A DNA stretch of 64,000 nt from the NCBI GenBank assembly GCA_003971905.1, contig RSEE01000008.1, positions 930,001 to 994,000 on the forward strand. The letters are read 5' to 3'. Under the pieces are notes generated by a model. The model was given only the letters and a program-made list of their open reading frames with translations, did no database searches and was not told the origin of the DNA. This document shows positions 1-13,153 of this stretch, one piece after another. The position numbers were made by a program, and so were the translations under genes. Positions within the stretch are counted from its first letter, which is position 1, and each line of letters opens with the position of its first letter. Source of the stretch: Moniliella sp. 'wahieum' (Eukaryota).

Positions 1-1141
1 GGGCCGAATAAAAGCGACGCGGAAAGAAATCGTTCACAGTCTCTATCAGATGGCCGCATGACGATGGATGTTTCTTAGCATCCACTGGGCCCCTTTTTGG
101 CATGAGGGCACTTTATTGTCCCCAACTTTACGAACAGTGCAACTCAGAAGAGGGCTGGCAGAACACGATCCACAAAAAAGCAGAGGTCATCCTCATCGTT
201 TACACCACATTTCTTGTGGGCCACCGAGACTCCAGTTTTCTCTTCATTTTCAGCTCGCCCCTATACATGCGCTTCCAACCTGGAAGCTGATAAGTGAAGT
301 GCATGGTATTAGGATGAATCCCATCCGTGAGGAGGGCCAACCACATATCCGTACTGACGAATACCTTCGACCCTCGACCGCGCTACAGCGACTCCTCGGG
401 GGGGGGGGGAGTTGGCCCAAAGTATATATTTGAGGGATCCCCACATGGGATTGAGAAAGATTGACGTTGCCTTACTACGTCCTGGGAGCTTAGCGCGTTC
501 CCCTGCCTAGCAGTCCCTTATCGGTGACCTGACGACCGGTGATCCAGCGAACTCACTCCGAGGGCAGCACAGGAGCAGTGTGAAGGAAAACACTCCGTCG
601 GCCCTGGGAATGATCGATGACCGGTGACCGGTGACTGGTCCATGGGGCTGGGAGCATGGAGGGCCTTCCTCAAGCTTGGCGCGTGATAATCATGCATGGC
701 ACGTGACGCTGCAGTGAGCACTTCGGTACGCGCCTCCATACAGGCGCATCGGTCGCTTTCTCCCACCTCCGTCCCCATCCCCATCCAGCGCGTTCAGTCC
801 GCGTGTCGCCAACCCAGCCACCGTCAGCACGCCCAAGAAGGAAGCGACCATGGGCTTAGGAGCACGCCTTGCATTTCTGCTGACGCCCATCGTGGCCATC
901 GCGCTTGGAACTGTTGTTTTCAAACTGGACGACAACGAATCGGTACGTGCAAAGTGAATCTCACCATCTCACATTCTTGCCATCTCACAAGGCTTGCCGC
1001 GCTGACCGCTTCGCTTGCCGCACGTGTTCGCAGTTTTGGTCCACTCCTTCCCTGGCGTGCGAGCGGGAGAGTACGCAGGCCGTCCAAGCGGTGCAGCGCG
1101 TGTTGCTCTCTGCGTCTCAGCACCTCGCTTCCCTCCAGGAG

Positions 1142-2214
1142 ATGACCGCCCCCCACTTGTCCCTCTCTTCTTTCCAGGCCATCCCGCACAGCCCCGCACT
1201 CGCCCGCACCATCACACGTGGTGCACATCACTTTTGTGCTACAGGCGAGCTTGCTCCTGCCCGCCGAGCCTTGTTTTCCCTTGGCCTCTCCATTGCCCTT
1301 CCCTGGACCTTCCGATTGGGTGAGACGCTCCCCTGGCTCGCCGAGGTCTATCTCTTCTCCTCTCTGGCCAGCATGGGGATCGGTCTCCCAGCCTTGCTCA
1401 CGCTTCCTGTGTATGCGCTGCACCTCTATACTCAGGTCGGTGCGCGTGTCTCCCCATCCCCACCCGCGCGGCCCGGACGACAGTGCCTCTGCTACTGCTG
1501 TTCTCTATCCCATTTTGCTCGTTCTGGTGGGGAAGGATGTGCTCCCCTGGGTTGCCCTGCCCTCCTGGGTAGCCTTCTTTCTCGCGGCTCTGATGTCTGT
1601 CACACGCTTGTCGCCCGCCCATCTGCCACGGGATGAGGAACAAGCAGCGGAGAAAGTGGCCGAGGCGTATGAGCACCGCTGGGTAGCTTACCGGCGGATC
1701 GCGTTGCTGTCCCTCATGCTCTGGGCGTACGGGCTGTACGGGTTGGCACGAGCACCAGAGTACACGTTGCGGGCTGCCCAGACCGCAACGCGCTATCTCC
1801 CTGCGCTGCCAGCAGGTTTGCACTTGCCTTCCTGGGATGTCCCTGTCCCATGGACCGAGCTTGATACCGCACTGACCATGCACACTGCCCGCCCTGCTTC
1901 TCTTGCCAGTGGGAGTGCTGGTGCTGGAAATGTTCTCGACTCGTGCCGAGCCACACGGCCTGCACCCGCTCACCGCCCGCCCGTTCCCAGCGGTCGAGGC
2001 GCGTGCGCAGCGGGCCCTTGCCCTCGCTCCAGCCGGCGCTCCGGCGCTGGAAGCCGGGTTGAGGAGGCCCGGCGTCTCCTTGTTGCTTACGCTAGTGGGA
2101 GGGCCTGCTTTCCCCTCGCTCTCTGGTGGTCCGCGGGGAAGAGCGCCAGGGCTGGTTGGCGCGCGTCGCGGCGCGCCAACAAGCCCAACATTTCCTCTAG
2201 CACTGTCGTCTTGA
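1142..2214 (+). CDS. Hypothetical membrane protein (frameshifted; boundaries approximate)
   Basis: Consecutive overlapping + ORFs (905-1636, 1218-2483, 1903-2214) give several hydrophobic segments (e.g. AVLYPILLVLVGKDVLPWVALPSWVAFFLAALM, RIALLSLMLWAYGLYGLA). No family recognised. Confidence 0.35.
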
Positions 2215-2517
2215 GTTCGATTCTGTCAACGGTTTCTTCAAATAGTGGACTGTGTTGGGCAATAATTAAAGAGCATAGACCAGAACGTAGGGCAGAGCTA
2301 TTCCCGTTCCCCCCCTCCGCCGGCCTCAAGCTACCTGTCCGATCTCTCCTGTCTGCTCTGCCTAGGGCAGCTTCCTTTCCTTTTCCCAGTCGAGCTTGTG
2401 CAACCTACATGCACCAGTTGCAAGTAAGGCCAAAAGGAAATGCATCGCGCCCAGTGCGAGAGGGGTGGCACAGAACATGGTGAGTTTCCCTTGCCTTGGG
2501 GGAGGACCTAGGTCGCA

Positions 2518-2968
2518 TTACTTGAGCACCTTCTTCTTGCGCAGCTGCGATGAGTGGCCGCACTTGCGCTTGCGGCAGTTGGTCGCACGCGGCGGCAGAC
2601 GAGCGTAGCACTTGCGGCAAATTTGCTTCTCGACATTCGTCTTGGACGCAAGCACCTTGAGCGAGGGCTCAATGATACCTCCCAGTAGGCTGAGGAGCCA
2701 TTCGCACGTTAGTTCCCAGTGGCCAGACACGCGACAAGAGGTGGACAACGTACCTCAACGACATGTGCAGCGTAGCGTCCTTCTGGATGCCATAGTCGGC
2801 AAGGGTACGGCCGTCGGCCAGCTGCTTGCCCGCGTAGAGCAGGCGCTGCTCCGAGGCGGGGATGCCCTCACGGGCAAAGTTGAGGGCCTTGACCGACTCG
2901 ACCGTGGCCTCAGGGGCCACAGCGTGAGCCAGGGTGTTGCCCCGGACAGAGTTGACAAAGATTTGCAT
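2518..2968 (-). CDS. RPL40: Ubiquitin-like domain fused to 60S ribosomal protein eL40 (2 coding exons: 2968-2754 and 2689-2518)
   Basis: Exon 1 [13 protein letters not shown]...[31 protein letters not shown]; 64-nt intron GTACGT...CTAAC...CAG; exon 2 [56 protein letters not shown]. Spliced length is 128 aa = 76+52. A probable 5'UTR intron (GTAAGT near 3087 to CAG just before the ATG) is also visible. Confidence 0.95.
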
Positions 2969-4222
2969 CCTACTGCGAATGGTGGAGGGGTCAGCGGAAG
3001 CCGGAAGGGGGGGCGGTGGATGAACACAACAAGGGAGGGAGGGGGAAGGCGCTGGGGGTGGCGCCGCACGCGAACACGGGCACTTACCTTGACTTGCTTG
3101 GTGGTGGACAGGCGGCAGTACCACGTCCGGGCGTCGGGAGGCGAGGCGGGCAGGGGTGCCCACTAGTGCCCTGAGAATTTGCGAGACTGGCCAGGTGCTG
3201 AGGGGGAAGAGCGGTGAGTGGCCTGATGCGGGCATGAGTTATTGCGCCGGCCCAGCCCTAGCCTGCGCTAGCACTGGCGCCGCGGCGGTAGGGTCTGGCT
3301 GGCCGGGCGGACGGCGCAGTTGAAAGTTGCAGGGGATGGGAGGCTGGTTTTGAAATGTGGAGGCAGGGGGGTCGGATGCAGGAACGGATGGGCGATGATC
3401 GATGATAAGCGAGATGGATGATATGGGCACGGGATGGGCGCTGGGCGGCAGAGCAGTGTGCGGTGGAAAGCAAAGCTGAGCACTCGAATGCTTAACCCCG
3501 CTGGGGCAGCCGGGGAGACTGGGGTGACGAGGGTGACCAGGGTGACTACGGGGCAGCATGGAGCAGCAGCCAGCGCTCCTCCGAGGGAGTGGATACCGAG
3601 GACAGAGTGAGTTACCACTGTCATCGACCATGGAGGATCACTTCGATCACTTGTCCTCATTCCTCAGGCCGCTCTGGCAACACCACCGCCTCCTTGACGG
3701 GCTGCGGAGGCCATGGCTGTGGGCAGCGCCATTGGTGTGGTGGTTGCATGGCGCGACGAGCAGAGGAGGACAAGGCAAATGAAGCCAAGCAACAAGGGCC
3801 AGGGGCCTATTGTTGCAGATACACATGGCAGCGCGCAGAAGGCGTACGCAGACAATGCCCGCGACGAGGCTCATCCATCTCATCATCCGTGGGGGAAGGT
3901 GGGCTGATATGCTGCCTGTGGCGCTGGCTGCTGCTCCAGCGTCTACACGGGCAATATGAGCGCAGCTATGGACGGCTATCGACTGTCGGCTACCCCGGAT
4001 GTGAAAGGGCGGGGCGGCACGGGTGGTGTGGGGTTAGGTGGCCGGCATCTGAATCCGGCGGCGGTGGGGCGCACGGCCAGTGCGGGGCAGGTTATTAGGC
4101 TACTGGCGATTGGTCAGCTCTTATAAAGCAGCACTGCTGCTTGCGCCCCGCCGCAGCACCCGCCTTCTCCTCCCATCCCCCTTGCCCCACCCTTGCCACC
4201 CCCGTCTCCACCCCCCATCGCC

Positions 4223-5863
4223 ATGTCCGTCAAAACCTTTTCCCGCGACGAGGTCGCCAAGCACAACACCCCAGGCGACACATGGTCGTGATTGATGCGA
4301 CCGTGTACGATGTGAGCAAGTTTGCTGCCATGCATCCGGGCGGCGAGGCGGTCCTGTACGACCCCGAGGTTGCTGGCGGCGATGCGACCGAGGCGTTTTA
4401 TGGCCTGCACCGCGCCGACATTTTGAACAAGACCATGGCCAAGCGCCTGGTCGTGGGGCAGATTGAAGGGGAGGAGCCCGAGGTACGCACCAAGGCAGTG
4501 GTGCGCCTTCGCCTCCCTTTTGCCGAGCCCACCTGGCTGCACCCAGTGTTCAAGTCGCCGTACTACAAGGACTCGCACCGGCGCTTGCAGCGCGAGTTCC
4601 GCGCGTATGTCGAGGAGCACGTTATTGCCGTTGCGCGCGAGTGTGAGGCCAATGGCAAGCGTCCTCCGCTCGACTTGGTCAAGGATATGGGTGCCAAGCA
4701 GATCAACGCGATGCGCATGGGGCCTGGCAAGGTGCTCAAGGGCCGCAAACTGTTTGCCGATGTCAAGCCCGAGGAATTTGACTATTTCCACGAAATGATC
4801 TTGACCCAGGAACTGTCGCGGTCGGGCGTGCGTGGCTGGATGGATGGCCTCCAGGCGGTATGGTTATTGGCCTCCCGCCCATTATCAACTTTGGCACCCC
4901 CGAGCTGCAGAAAGAGATTATCGAGCCCGTTCTTGCTGGTGAAAAGTTCATCTCGCTTGCTGTCACTGAGGCCTTTGCCGGGTCGGACGTCATGTCCATC
5001 CGTACCACTGCCCAAAACAGAAGGACGGGTCGTACATTGTTAACGGGACCAAGAAGGTACGTTGTGTTGTTGCTAACCAAGCCCCGCCCCTCACCCTCTC
5101 GTGAGGACATGCATGACGCTGACGCTGACATATGGGTTGGGTTTTTTGCAGTGGATCACGAACGGTGTCTTCTCTGATTACTTCACGACGCTGGTTAAGC
5201 TCTTGGACGAAGAAGGCGAGGAGGGAGGGTTTGCAGTGCTGTGTATTCCGCGTGTGGAAGGGGTGGAGACAAAGCAGATCAAGACCCAGTATTCGACCAC
5301 TGGCACAGCCTTTACGTTTGACAATGTGCGCGTGCCATCCAAGTACTTGGTGGGCGAAGAGGGGATGGGGATCATGGTCATCCTCTCCAACTTTAACCAT
5401 GAGCGATGGGTATGTGCTGCGGAACGATCCGTGGCGCCCGCCTGATGCTAGAGGAGTGCATTACGTGGACCACCCAGCGCAAGGCATTTGGCAAGCCGCT
5501 GACGTCGCAGGCGTGGTGCGGCAAAAGCTGGGCCAGATGATGAGAGTGCGAGGCGGGGCAAGCTTGGCTCGAGGCTGTCACGTTCCAGATGAACCAATGA
5601 GCTACAAGGAGCAGGCCAAGTACCTGGCTGGCCACATGGCTTTGCTCAAGAGCTGGTCCACCGAGATCTCGACCAAGACGGCGAACGAGGCGATCAACTT
5701 GTTTGGTGGACGTGGCCTGACCAAGACTGGGCTCGGCGCCCTGGTTTCGGCGGCCCAGATGGGAACCAAGTTTGACGCCATCCTGGGTGGCACGGAAGAC
5801 ATTCTGCGTGACCTCGGTGTCCGGCAGGCACTGCGCTTTATGCCCAAGACGCACAAGATGTGA
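4223..5863 (+). CDS. Cytochrome b5 domain / acyl-CoA dehydrogenase fusion (frameshifted, intron about 5057-5151)
   Basis: N-terminus MSVKTFSRDEVAKHN...VVIDATVYDVSKFAAMHPGG (cytochrome b5 heme motif). ACAD motifs: LAVTEAFAGSD, WITNG, ILSNFNHERW, LFGGRGLT, AILGGTEDILRDLGVRQA. Confidence 0.9.
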
Positions 5864-6222
5864 GAAGAAGCACACTGTTCTTGCCGTTCAGGGTGAACGT
5901 GTGACAGTGAACTCACACTATGGCGAACTTGCAAACTTGAATGTTGATTGTTGACGACTGAATATTGATTGACCTACGCTTACACCACTTCGTGGCTCCG
6001 CTCCACTCACTCCGTTCTTTGCGGGACTCGCTCAGCTTTTATTTGTCAGACTCTGTCATCTTGGCTGTGCTCAGCCACGATTCTGTCTCCATAGCACGCC
6101 TCCCATTCCCATTATTACCTCAATGCAGACGAAAAAGGGTGGAGGGGGTTGGCGGGAAGAATGATAGATTTGAACGAAAGAGGGGGGTACAACGAAGGGT
6201 ACGACGAAAATGGAAAGTAAAC

Positions 6223-8793
6223 CTATCCCTGCAGCGCTCGCAGGAAGGAAGATTTGCGGGATGATTTGGCCTTGGTTTTGGGCTTGGCTTGCCCACCTCC
6301 GGCCAGACGGGAAGCAGGAATAACACGCTTTTGCGACGAGGCGGCCGCAGTGTGGCGGGAGCGGGTCCCGGCCGCCTCGGTGTCAGAGCCCGAGCTCGAG
6401 TCGGAATCCGAATCGGAATCCGAATCTGAATCCGAGTCGGAGCCCGAGGAGCCGGAGCCCGAGTCGGAACCGGACGTAGACGAGCCCGAGGTGTAGGCGT
6501 AGGCGCACGACCGGGCTGCGACGCTCCGTCCCACGGGCCGGCGACGACGGAACGTATCTGCGTTCATCTCGCTGAGGCGCGTGTGGCCCGACAGCCGTGG
6601 CTTCGGCCGCTCGGGCTGCGACAGACGCCCTTTGAGCGGCACCTTGGCTTCCGGCGTGGGCGTGAAATGCTCAACCACCGTTCCGTCCCCGGGAGTGGGC
6701 GTGGGGCCACGAGGGTGGGCATCAGCGCCCCCAGCGGGCGTGGAGGGCGCCTCGGCCCCGCCCCCAATCGAAAGCGAGGGTGAGCGGAGCACCATCTGGT
6801 TTGAGGGAGGAGGGCGCGAGGGCGATCGAGAGCCATGGCTTGAACCAGAGTCCGAGTCCGAGTCCGAGTCCGAGCCAGAGCCAGCCAGAGCCAGAACCCG
6901 AGTCAGAACCGAATCAGAATCTGAGCCCGAGTTGGAGCCTGAGTCTGAGCCCGAGCCCGAGCGAGAGCCCGAGCGAGAGCCAGCGGAACTTGACCGACTT
7001 CCACTCCGACTGGACCTAGACGAATGGGTGCGAGAGCTTCCAGACGAGCTGGCGGGCGACCCAGAGCGGGAACCGAGCGGGAACGGGAGCCAGAGCTCGA
7101 TCGGCTGGAGCGAGAGCTGTGGGAAGAAGAGGGTGATGGAGAGCGGGAGTGTACAGGTGAACGAGCTGGGCTGCGTCCCCTTTCTTTCTGGGCCGACGGA
7201 GGGGTGAACTGTTCCTCGTCGCTCTCGAGGCCCTCTTGGGCCTTGGCCAGGGCTGCCAGATCTTCGTCTCCTCCTCACCTTGGTCGGGCGTGGCCTGGGC
7301 TAGCGGTGTGTCAGGTGTGGGAGAGGGGGAGGGATTCTTGTGTTTCCGGAATAGGTGGGAGCGACCTGAACAGGTGTAGGTTCGCGCACAGGCTCAGTTT
7401 CAGGCTCGGGCTCGGGGTTTTCGGGTTCGGGTTCAGGCTCGGGTTCGGGCTCGGGCTCTGGCTCGGGTTCTGGATTAGGTACAGCATTTCGCTTGCGCGC
7501 CCGGGGCGTAGGAGGCTCAATCTGATCAACTAATGCTTGAGTGGAATCGGGAAGGACGTCTCCTTGCGTCTTCTCGATGGGTTCAATCGGATCCTCCTCC
7601 ACCTGTGGTGCCTCTTTTGCGTTTTTGGCAGTGCGACCCGGGTAGCCGCGGCGCGCTTACTGCCTTTTTTGGGGGTGGCAGCCGAACGCCGTGACGCTGG
7701 CGCCTGGGGGCTCTCAGGGCGGGTGAACCTGCTGGGGACTTGGATGAAGTCGATGGGGGGGGACTTTGCGCTGTGCCATTTCCCACAGCATGTGTGGAAG
7801 ATTGATTGGGCTGCTCCGCCTCTGGCCAAGCGGGCAGCAGATCAGCCCTTGGCGGACGGTATGCGCCCACCAGGGCTGGGCGCGTTGCACCGCGTGCGCG
7901 TCACGCGGACCCAACGTCTTGTTGCACGCGACATACGCCACTGCCGCGTCGAGGAAGGCACGGAGCACATTCTGTTCCGGCACATTGCGCCGCATTGTCC
8001 TCGTGGCCTCACTGCGCTTTTATCCAATGTCTCCTTGATGGCGTCCTCGTCTGCCTGGGGAGGGGTCGGCTCCTGGGGGGAAGAGGGACTAGGTTGAGCA
8101 GGTGCGGCAAGGGTGCTGGGCCATTCGGCTGGGTGTCAGGGGGCGCAATGCTCTCTTGGTCCTTGGAAGGGGGGGCTGACGTTCCGGGGAGGGCTCCCTG
8201 GTCTCATCGGTGGTGGCCGAGGGGAGCACCGTGGGCGCGGGGATCGGCGTCGGCGATCGCGCAGCAGCCGGACGGGGGGACGGAGGGCCGTCATCGAGCG
8301 GACGAGGCTGACGTTCAAATCATAAACTCGGGGCGAAAGTGCTCGACGGTGGCGCATAGGCATCGGCATCCTCGGCATCCGCCATGGTCACCGCTGGGCC
8401 AGAGGCGGGCAGACTATAGGAGAGATGGTACGGCAGCGGGCCCAGGCGGGAGGCAGCGCGGCATGGATCTGGGCCACGGAGCGCGCGTCGGAGAGAATGC
8501 GGGCAAAAGAAAAGCCAGGCACGGCATCGGTCGTAAGAGGCAGACTGGCAGAGACAACGAAGCGGACGATGGCGCGAACGGGGGCGCCAGCGAGAGGTGT
8601 TTGGCGCCGGCTGCTGTCGCCGTCGAAGCGGAGCTGGGTTTGGAGCTGGGCCCAGTGCTGGCGGGTGGCCTCAATGCGAGAGCGCTTGCTGGGAGGGGGC
8701 TCGGGGGTGGGGGGTGGCGGCGTGGCGGTGGCGGCGCTGCCGGCGCTGTCGGTGCTGTCGGCGATGCGCTTGCGCTTGAGGTGCGTGGGCATG
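6223..8793 (-). CDS. Hypothetical large low-complexity protein with (SD)n, (PE)n and Ser/Arg-rich tracts (frameshifted; limits approximate)
   Basis: Chain of minus-strand ORFs from MPTHLKRKRIAD (about 8793) to KSSFLRALQG* (6223). Hexanucleotide repeats encode SDSDSD (about 6390-6470 and 6845-6990) and PEPEPE (about 7400-7470). Confidence 0.45.
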
Positions 8794-9004
8794 GGCCGGT
8801 GCTTGCGGAGAGGTGGTGGTGCGGCTGGGCAGAATTTGGGCAAAATCCACCGCCCAAAAAAGCTGGCATCGATCGGTGCAACCGGCGCCTGAGCGCTGAG
8901 GCTCAGTCCGCAGCCTGAGGTAAGCAGCCTCGCTCGTTCCGGCTGCGGGCAAGAAGACGGGGCTCCGCTCGCTTCTCGCTGGCATCCACGCCCGCCAGCT
9001 CACC

Positions 9005-10582
9005 ATGCGAGCGGCCACACGCGTGCCCGCCGCGCCCGCGCTCGCCCTCCGCCGCAGCATCAGCTCGGCCGCCGTGGCCCGGGCGCCGGCGCACGCCACC
9101 AACACCCCGGAGCCTCCCGCCCCCGATCGCCCCGCCTGGGAGATCAACAGCGCTGCCTATCTCGCCCGTCCGCTCCCCTCGCTCCGCGAGCTGCGCGCAA
9201 CCCCCCTGACCGAGACGCCCTCCAAGGCCGTCCTCAGCAACCTCGAGCCTGCCTTCACAGCCGAACCCGGCCCCTTCTTTGACCAGCATATGACGTTTGT
9301 TGGTGGCCGCCCTCGCCCGGGTATGACCACGTTCTACATGCGCGACCCGTACTTTGAGGGCGCCATGATCCGCACCGGCAATCTGCTCGAAGAGACGCAA
9401 CGCCGTCTCGAGGTGCGTGGAATTTTGCGCGCACGCGAGCTTCCGCCCCCCCGCCTGAAGAAAAGTATCGTCACAACACCCACTGGGTCAATGTGGAGCT
9501 CGCCAGTGCCCGTTTGGCCGGAGCCAAACCAGGTCACGAAGATTCATCGGAAAAAACTACGTCACCTTGCGGCGCTTCCAGTTTGTTGAACTGCTGGATC
9601 GGCTCAAGGAAATTGCTCGCTACCTGCCCTACATTGCGCCTGGTGGGGTGCTTTCTGGATTGCCACCACCCTTTGGGACGGAGCCCCACCCGTCGATTAT
9701 CGGCCAGGAGGCCGCGTCGGACCGCGAGATTGCACTGGCCAAGCAGCTGAACGAGGAACTGGATAATTTCGCTGCGCCGACAACGGCAATGGGCCAGGCC
9801 CGCAAGGCTCGGTTCAACATTGCGCTCAATGCACCCTCGGATCCGGACGTGGAAGTGGTACGCAACCAGCCCAACCCAGGCGCCATTCTGCAGGCCCGTC
9901 GGCCCGAGGACCGGTTCGCCAAGATGTGGACCATGGACGTCTCGGGCCGTATCCACAGTTCGGGAGCACGCAAGCATGCCAAGGCGTCTGTGTGGGTCGT
10001 GCCATCGCGCACGCGGAATGCGCCGGGGCAAAATGGCTTGGCGGTTGAGGAGCTGCAGCCGACCAGTGAGGCGGTGGGGGAAGCTGTTCTGAAGGCCCAC
10101 GAGGGGGCACAACAAAAAGTCGATTCGTTCAACCCTTGCCTCCTGAGCACATGCTCCGCACGGTGCCCCAGGGCGTGGGCTCGATCCTGGTCAATGGTGA
10201 ACAATTGGGTCGGTACTTTAGTAACTACAAGGACACAGCCTATGTTCAGCGCGCGTTCAACGTCTTGGGTCTGGCAGGTGCTTTCAATGTCTATGCTCTG
10301 GTTTCCGGTGGTGGCATGACAGGTCAGGCGGGTGCGATTGCCCATGGTCTTGCTAAGGCCCTCGTTGGCGCTGCCCAGGTTGGTTGGATCACCTCCAAGT
10401 CTGCCCCCACCGGAATCGCTACCACAGCAGACCAACAGGCCAAGGCTCAAGCTGAGTTGGCAGCGAAGATTCTTGCTGTTCTGCGTAAGGATGGGGTGCT
10501 GCGTCGCGACCCCCGCATGCCCGAGCGGAAGAAGACGGGCAAGCCCGGTGCTCGTGCCTCCCATACCTGGGTCAAGCGTTGA
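9005..10582 (+). CDS. MRPS9: Mitochondrial small-subunit ribosomal protein uS9m (frameshifted)
   Basis: Arg/Ala-rich presequence. S9 motifs: SSGARKHAKASVWV, GSILVNG, VSGGGMTGQAGAIAHGLAKAL, RDPRMPERKKTGKPGARASHTWVKR*. Confidence 0.92.
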
Positions 10583-10674
10583 GGGTCACCAGGTGTCCAT
10601 ATGGGAGAATCTACCATCCATAAGTCCCAGGTATGCTATGTAGTGGTAGAAAGCGCGCCATCGGATCCATTTCA

Positions 10675-11697
10675 TCAGTGTGACTGGTACTCGGGTGGTA
10701 CGTCTTGCTTGCCCTCGTCCGGTCGCGGTTGTCGATTGTGGTACTCGACAAAGGACTTTTCCCAGGCAATGTAGTCGTGCCAATACTTGTCGATCGTTTG
10801 CTCTTCCTCTGATTTTTTCGCCGGTTCAGAGTGGGTTGGGGTGGGCTCAGCCTGAGAGGGTGGCGCAACGGACTGATCCTCCCCCACGACAGCAGTGGCG
10901 GCGGAAGAAGGGCCGGGCACTACAGCGGGGGAAGAGGAGGCTCCAGCATATGTCCATACCCTGCGTCGGCCGAGGGAGTACCGCCCTCATAGAAAGCCTT
11001 AGTCTTAGCATACTCTTCCCTTACCACTTCCATCAAATCCTCGGCCAACTCTTTGGCCTCTTGAACTCGGCCCGCATCAGGACCAACAATGTGAATGTGC
11101 ATCGGTTCATCTGCTTCCATGCCCGTGCTGTACTCGGTGTACCCTGACCCGCGCCCCTTGATCTGGACCCGGGTGCCAGTCTCTTCTGGATGTACTTGAC
11201 AAACATGCCCCCAGGTCCGACGACCTTGGAACGGACATTGAACCAGCGCTTGTGCGACTCAATATCGATGGCAACCTTGGCCTCGGGACGACGTCCGGGG
11301 CGCGGAGCCTCCATCCGTTCAGGCACCTTGTTCATCAGCGTCCGCACGGCCTCCACCCCGCGTCGCACCTCATCCGGCGTCTTGGCTGTGATCTCGAGAA
11401 AGAGAGGGGGCTCGCCCCCCGGAGGCGCAGCGGAGCGGGACGGGTACCAAACGCCTTTGATGCTAGTACTGCGCCCGTGTCGCGGTGTATCTCGGCTTGC
11501 ACCGGGCCCTTGGTCAGGGCGGCGCGGTTGACAGCATCGTTAATGTCCACCTTGGCGAGGAACTCAGCCCCGTGAGGCACAATCTCATCGCCCATGTCGG
11601 GAGCATCTGCCGAGGGTGCTGTCAGCTCTGAACTCGTGCTCGGCAGCACATGCTGCGAAGGGGCGCGCATACCTGTTCCCGAGGCCCACCGGCTCAT
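10675..11697 (-). CDS. KH-domain RNA-binding protein, KHDC4/BLOM7-like (frameshifted)
   Basis: Motifs: VDINDAVNRAALTKGPVQAEIHRDTGAVL; FNVRSKVVGPGGMFVKYIQ..TGTRVQIKGRGSG; EADEPMHIHIVG...EAKELAEDLMEVVREEY. Confidence 0.8.
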
Positions 11698-11967
11698 GTT
11701 GGACAGCAAGCGGTGGTATGTAGGGATCCGGTGAAGAAGCGAACCCTGCCCAGGGCACCTCGACCGATGAGGGGTGCGTGACGCGTGCCGCCCGCTCGCT
11801 TTTGCCGCCCAGGCCGGAAAAGTTTCTGCTGAGCTAAGCATTATTCCGCCGTCAACATTCTGGCCGGCTTCTCGCACCCGCCTGGGCGACGGGGAGGCAG
11901 AAGGAGAGGACGTCGCTCCCCACGTTCATCCGACCCTCCTCCTCGCCCCCCCAACCCCCTGGCGACC

Positions 11968-12486
11968 ATGCGTGCCACCCCTCCGGCCCTGCTTCTGATC
12001 CCCATCATCAAGGGGATACCGCCGCATGTGCTGCGCACGGCCGCGCTGGTCAAGCCCCCTGTGCTCGGCCGGCCCTGCCCGCCTCGATCGCCGCGGCGTC
12101 CAAAGCGTTGCAGCAGTCCGAGACGCCTGCTCAGCTGGCCCAGCGGACCGACCTGAGCGCTGAGCAGAAGCAAGAACTTACCAGCGAGTACGAGAAGCAC
12201 ATGACTCGCATCCACGCCACCCCGTGGCAAGACTTGCGGGACGCGCATGTCCACCCCCTTGACGTCCTTGCTGTGCGGCGGGCGCAGGAAGACGACTTCC
12301 CGCCCAACCTGCGGATTGAGCGGAGGGTCAAGGCCAAGTACCTTTCTTGGAAGGTACGTCTGCCTGTTTTGATTTTTTCCCCGTATTGCGCAGGGAGACA
12401 GGCTGGGCTAGATGCTGACATGTGTTTGTGTGCAGGTCAACGAATCAACCAAGAGGGAAATCATCAAGCTGGTCAAAGAAAAGTGA
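11968..12486 (+). CDS. Small hypothetical protein, possibly mitochondrial (intron about 12354-12435)
   Basis: ORF segments ending DFPPNLRIERRVKAKYLSWK, then a GTACGT...GCTGAC...CAG intron, then VNESTKREIIKLVKEK*. Confidence 0.5.
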
Positions 12487-13153
12487 ACCACCCCATGCGA
12501 ATGCACCCTTACACGCACACTCTATTGCGGCTTGGTGGAATGGAACGCGGGCGCCAGCGCAAGGTACTAGCTGTAGTGCGTGTCCCTCAACACGTCGTGT
12601 GGGGAGCCCGGGAGAGTTAGGAAGAGCCGGTCTTGAGTGGCATACGGCCGCGCCCGTGTGGAGGGCGGACCATCTGATCATTGCCCCCTAGATACCCTCG
12701 GACTTGTGCCCATGGGATGTGTGGTTACGGATACGGTTATAAGAGCAGATGCGATCGAGGATAGAGCCCGCCGCTGTGATCATGGGAAGGCAGCTTGCTA
12801 GTAGGTACCGGACCATGGGCTGCCGCCGGCGCCTTGTGATTCACTGGGTTTGTTCAGGGTTGTGCCAAGCCGTAGCGCGTAACCCAGAAGCGCAGCCACC
12901 TGCTGACATCGTCTCGTCCCTCAAAGAGCAGTTTTTGGAATTGTGTTCGGGTGCAGCGCGCAGCAGGCGGTAGTTGAGACGCTGAGAAAAGCAACTTATA
13001 AATGAGCTGCTTTCGTAATAATCCCCTGCCAGTACGCCAGTCACCGTACCCCAATTACGTCGTCAGCGAGCGAGACGCGTTGAGTGAGCCAACAACTTGC
13101 TTAAGAGGCCTAATTGTAGCGGCGTCACATTCTCCCCTCCCACCACCACCACC

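Noticed and set aside
1..520. Lower-GC segment with a poly-G run at the window edge, possibly TE-derived
   Set aside because: No termini, repeats or protein motifs identifiable.
3239..4100. Several overlapping short ORFs between the eL40 and ACAD genes
   Set aside because: No consistent frame or motif. May be divergent promoter DNA.
4223..5863. Cytochrome b5 / acyl-CoA dehydrogenase fusion as a novelty
   Set aside because: This architecture is already known and widespread in fungi.
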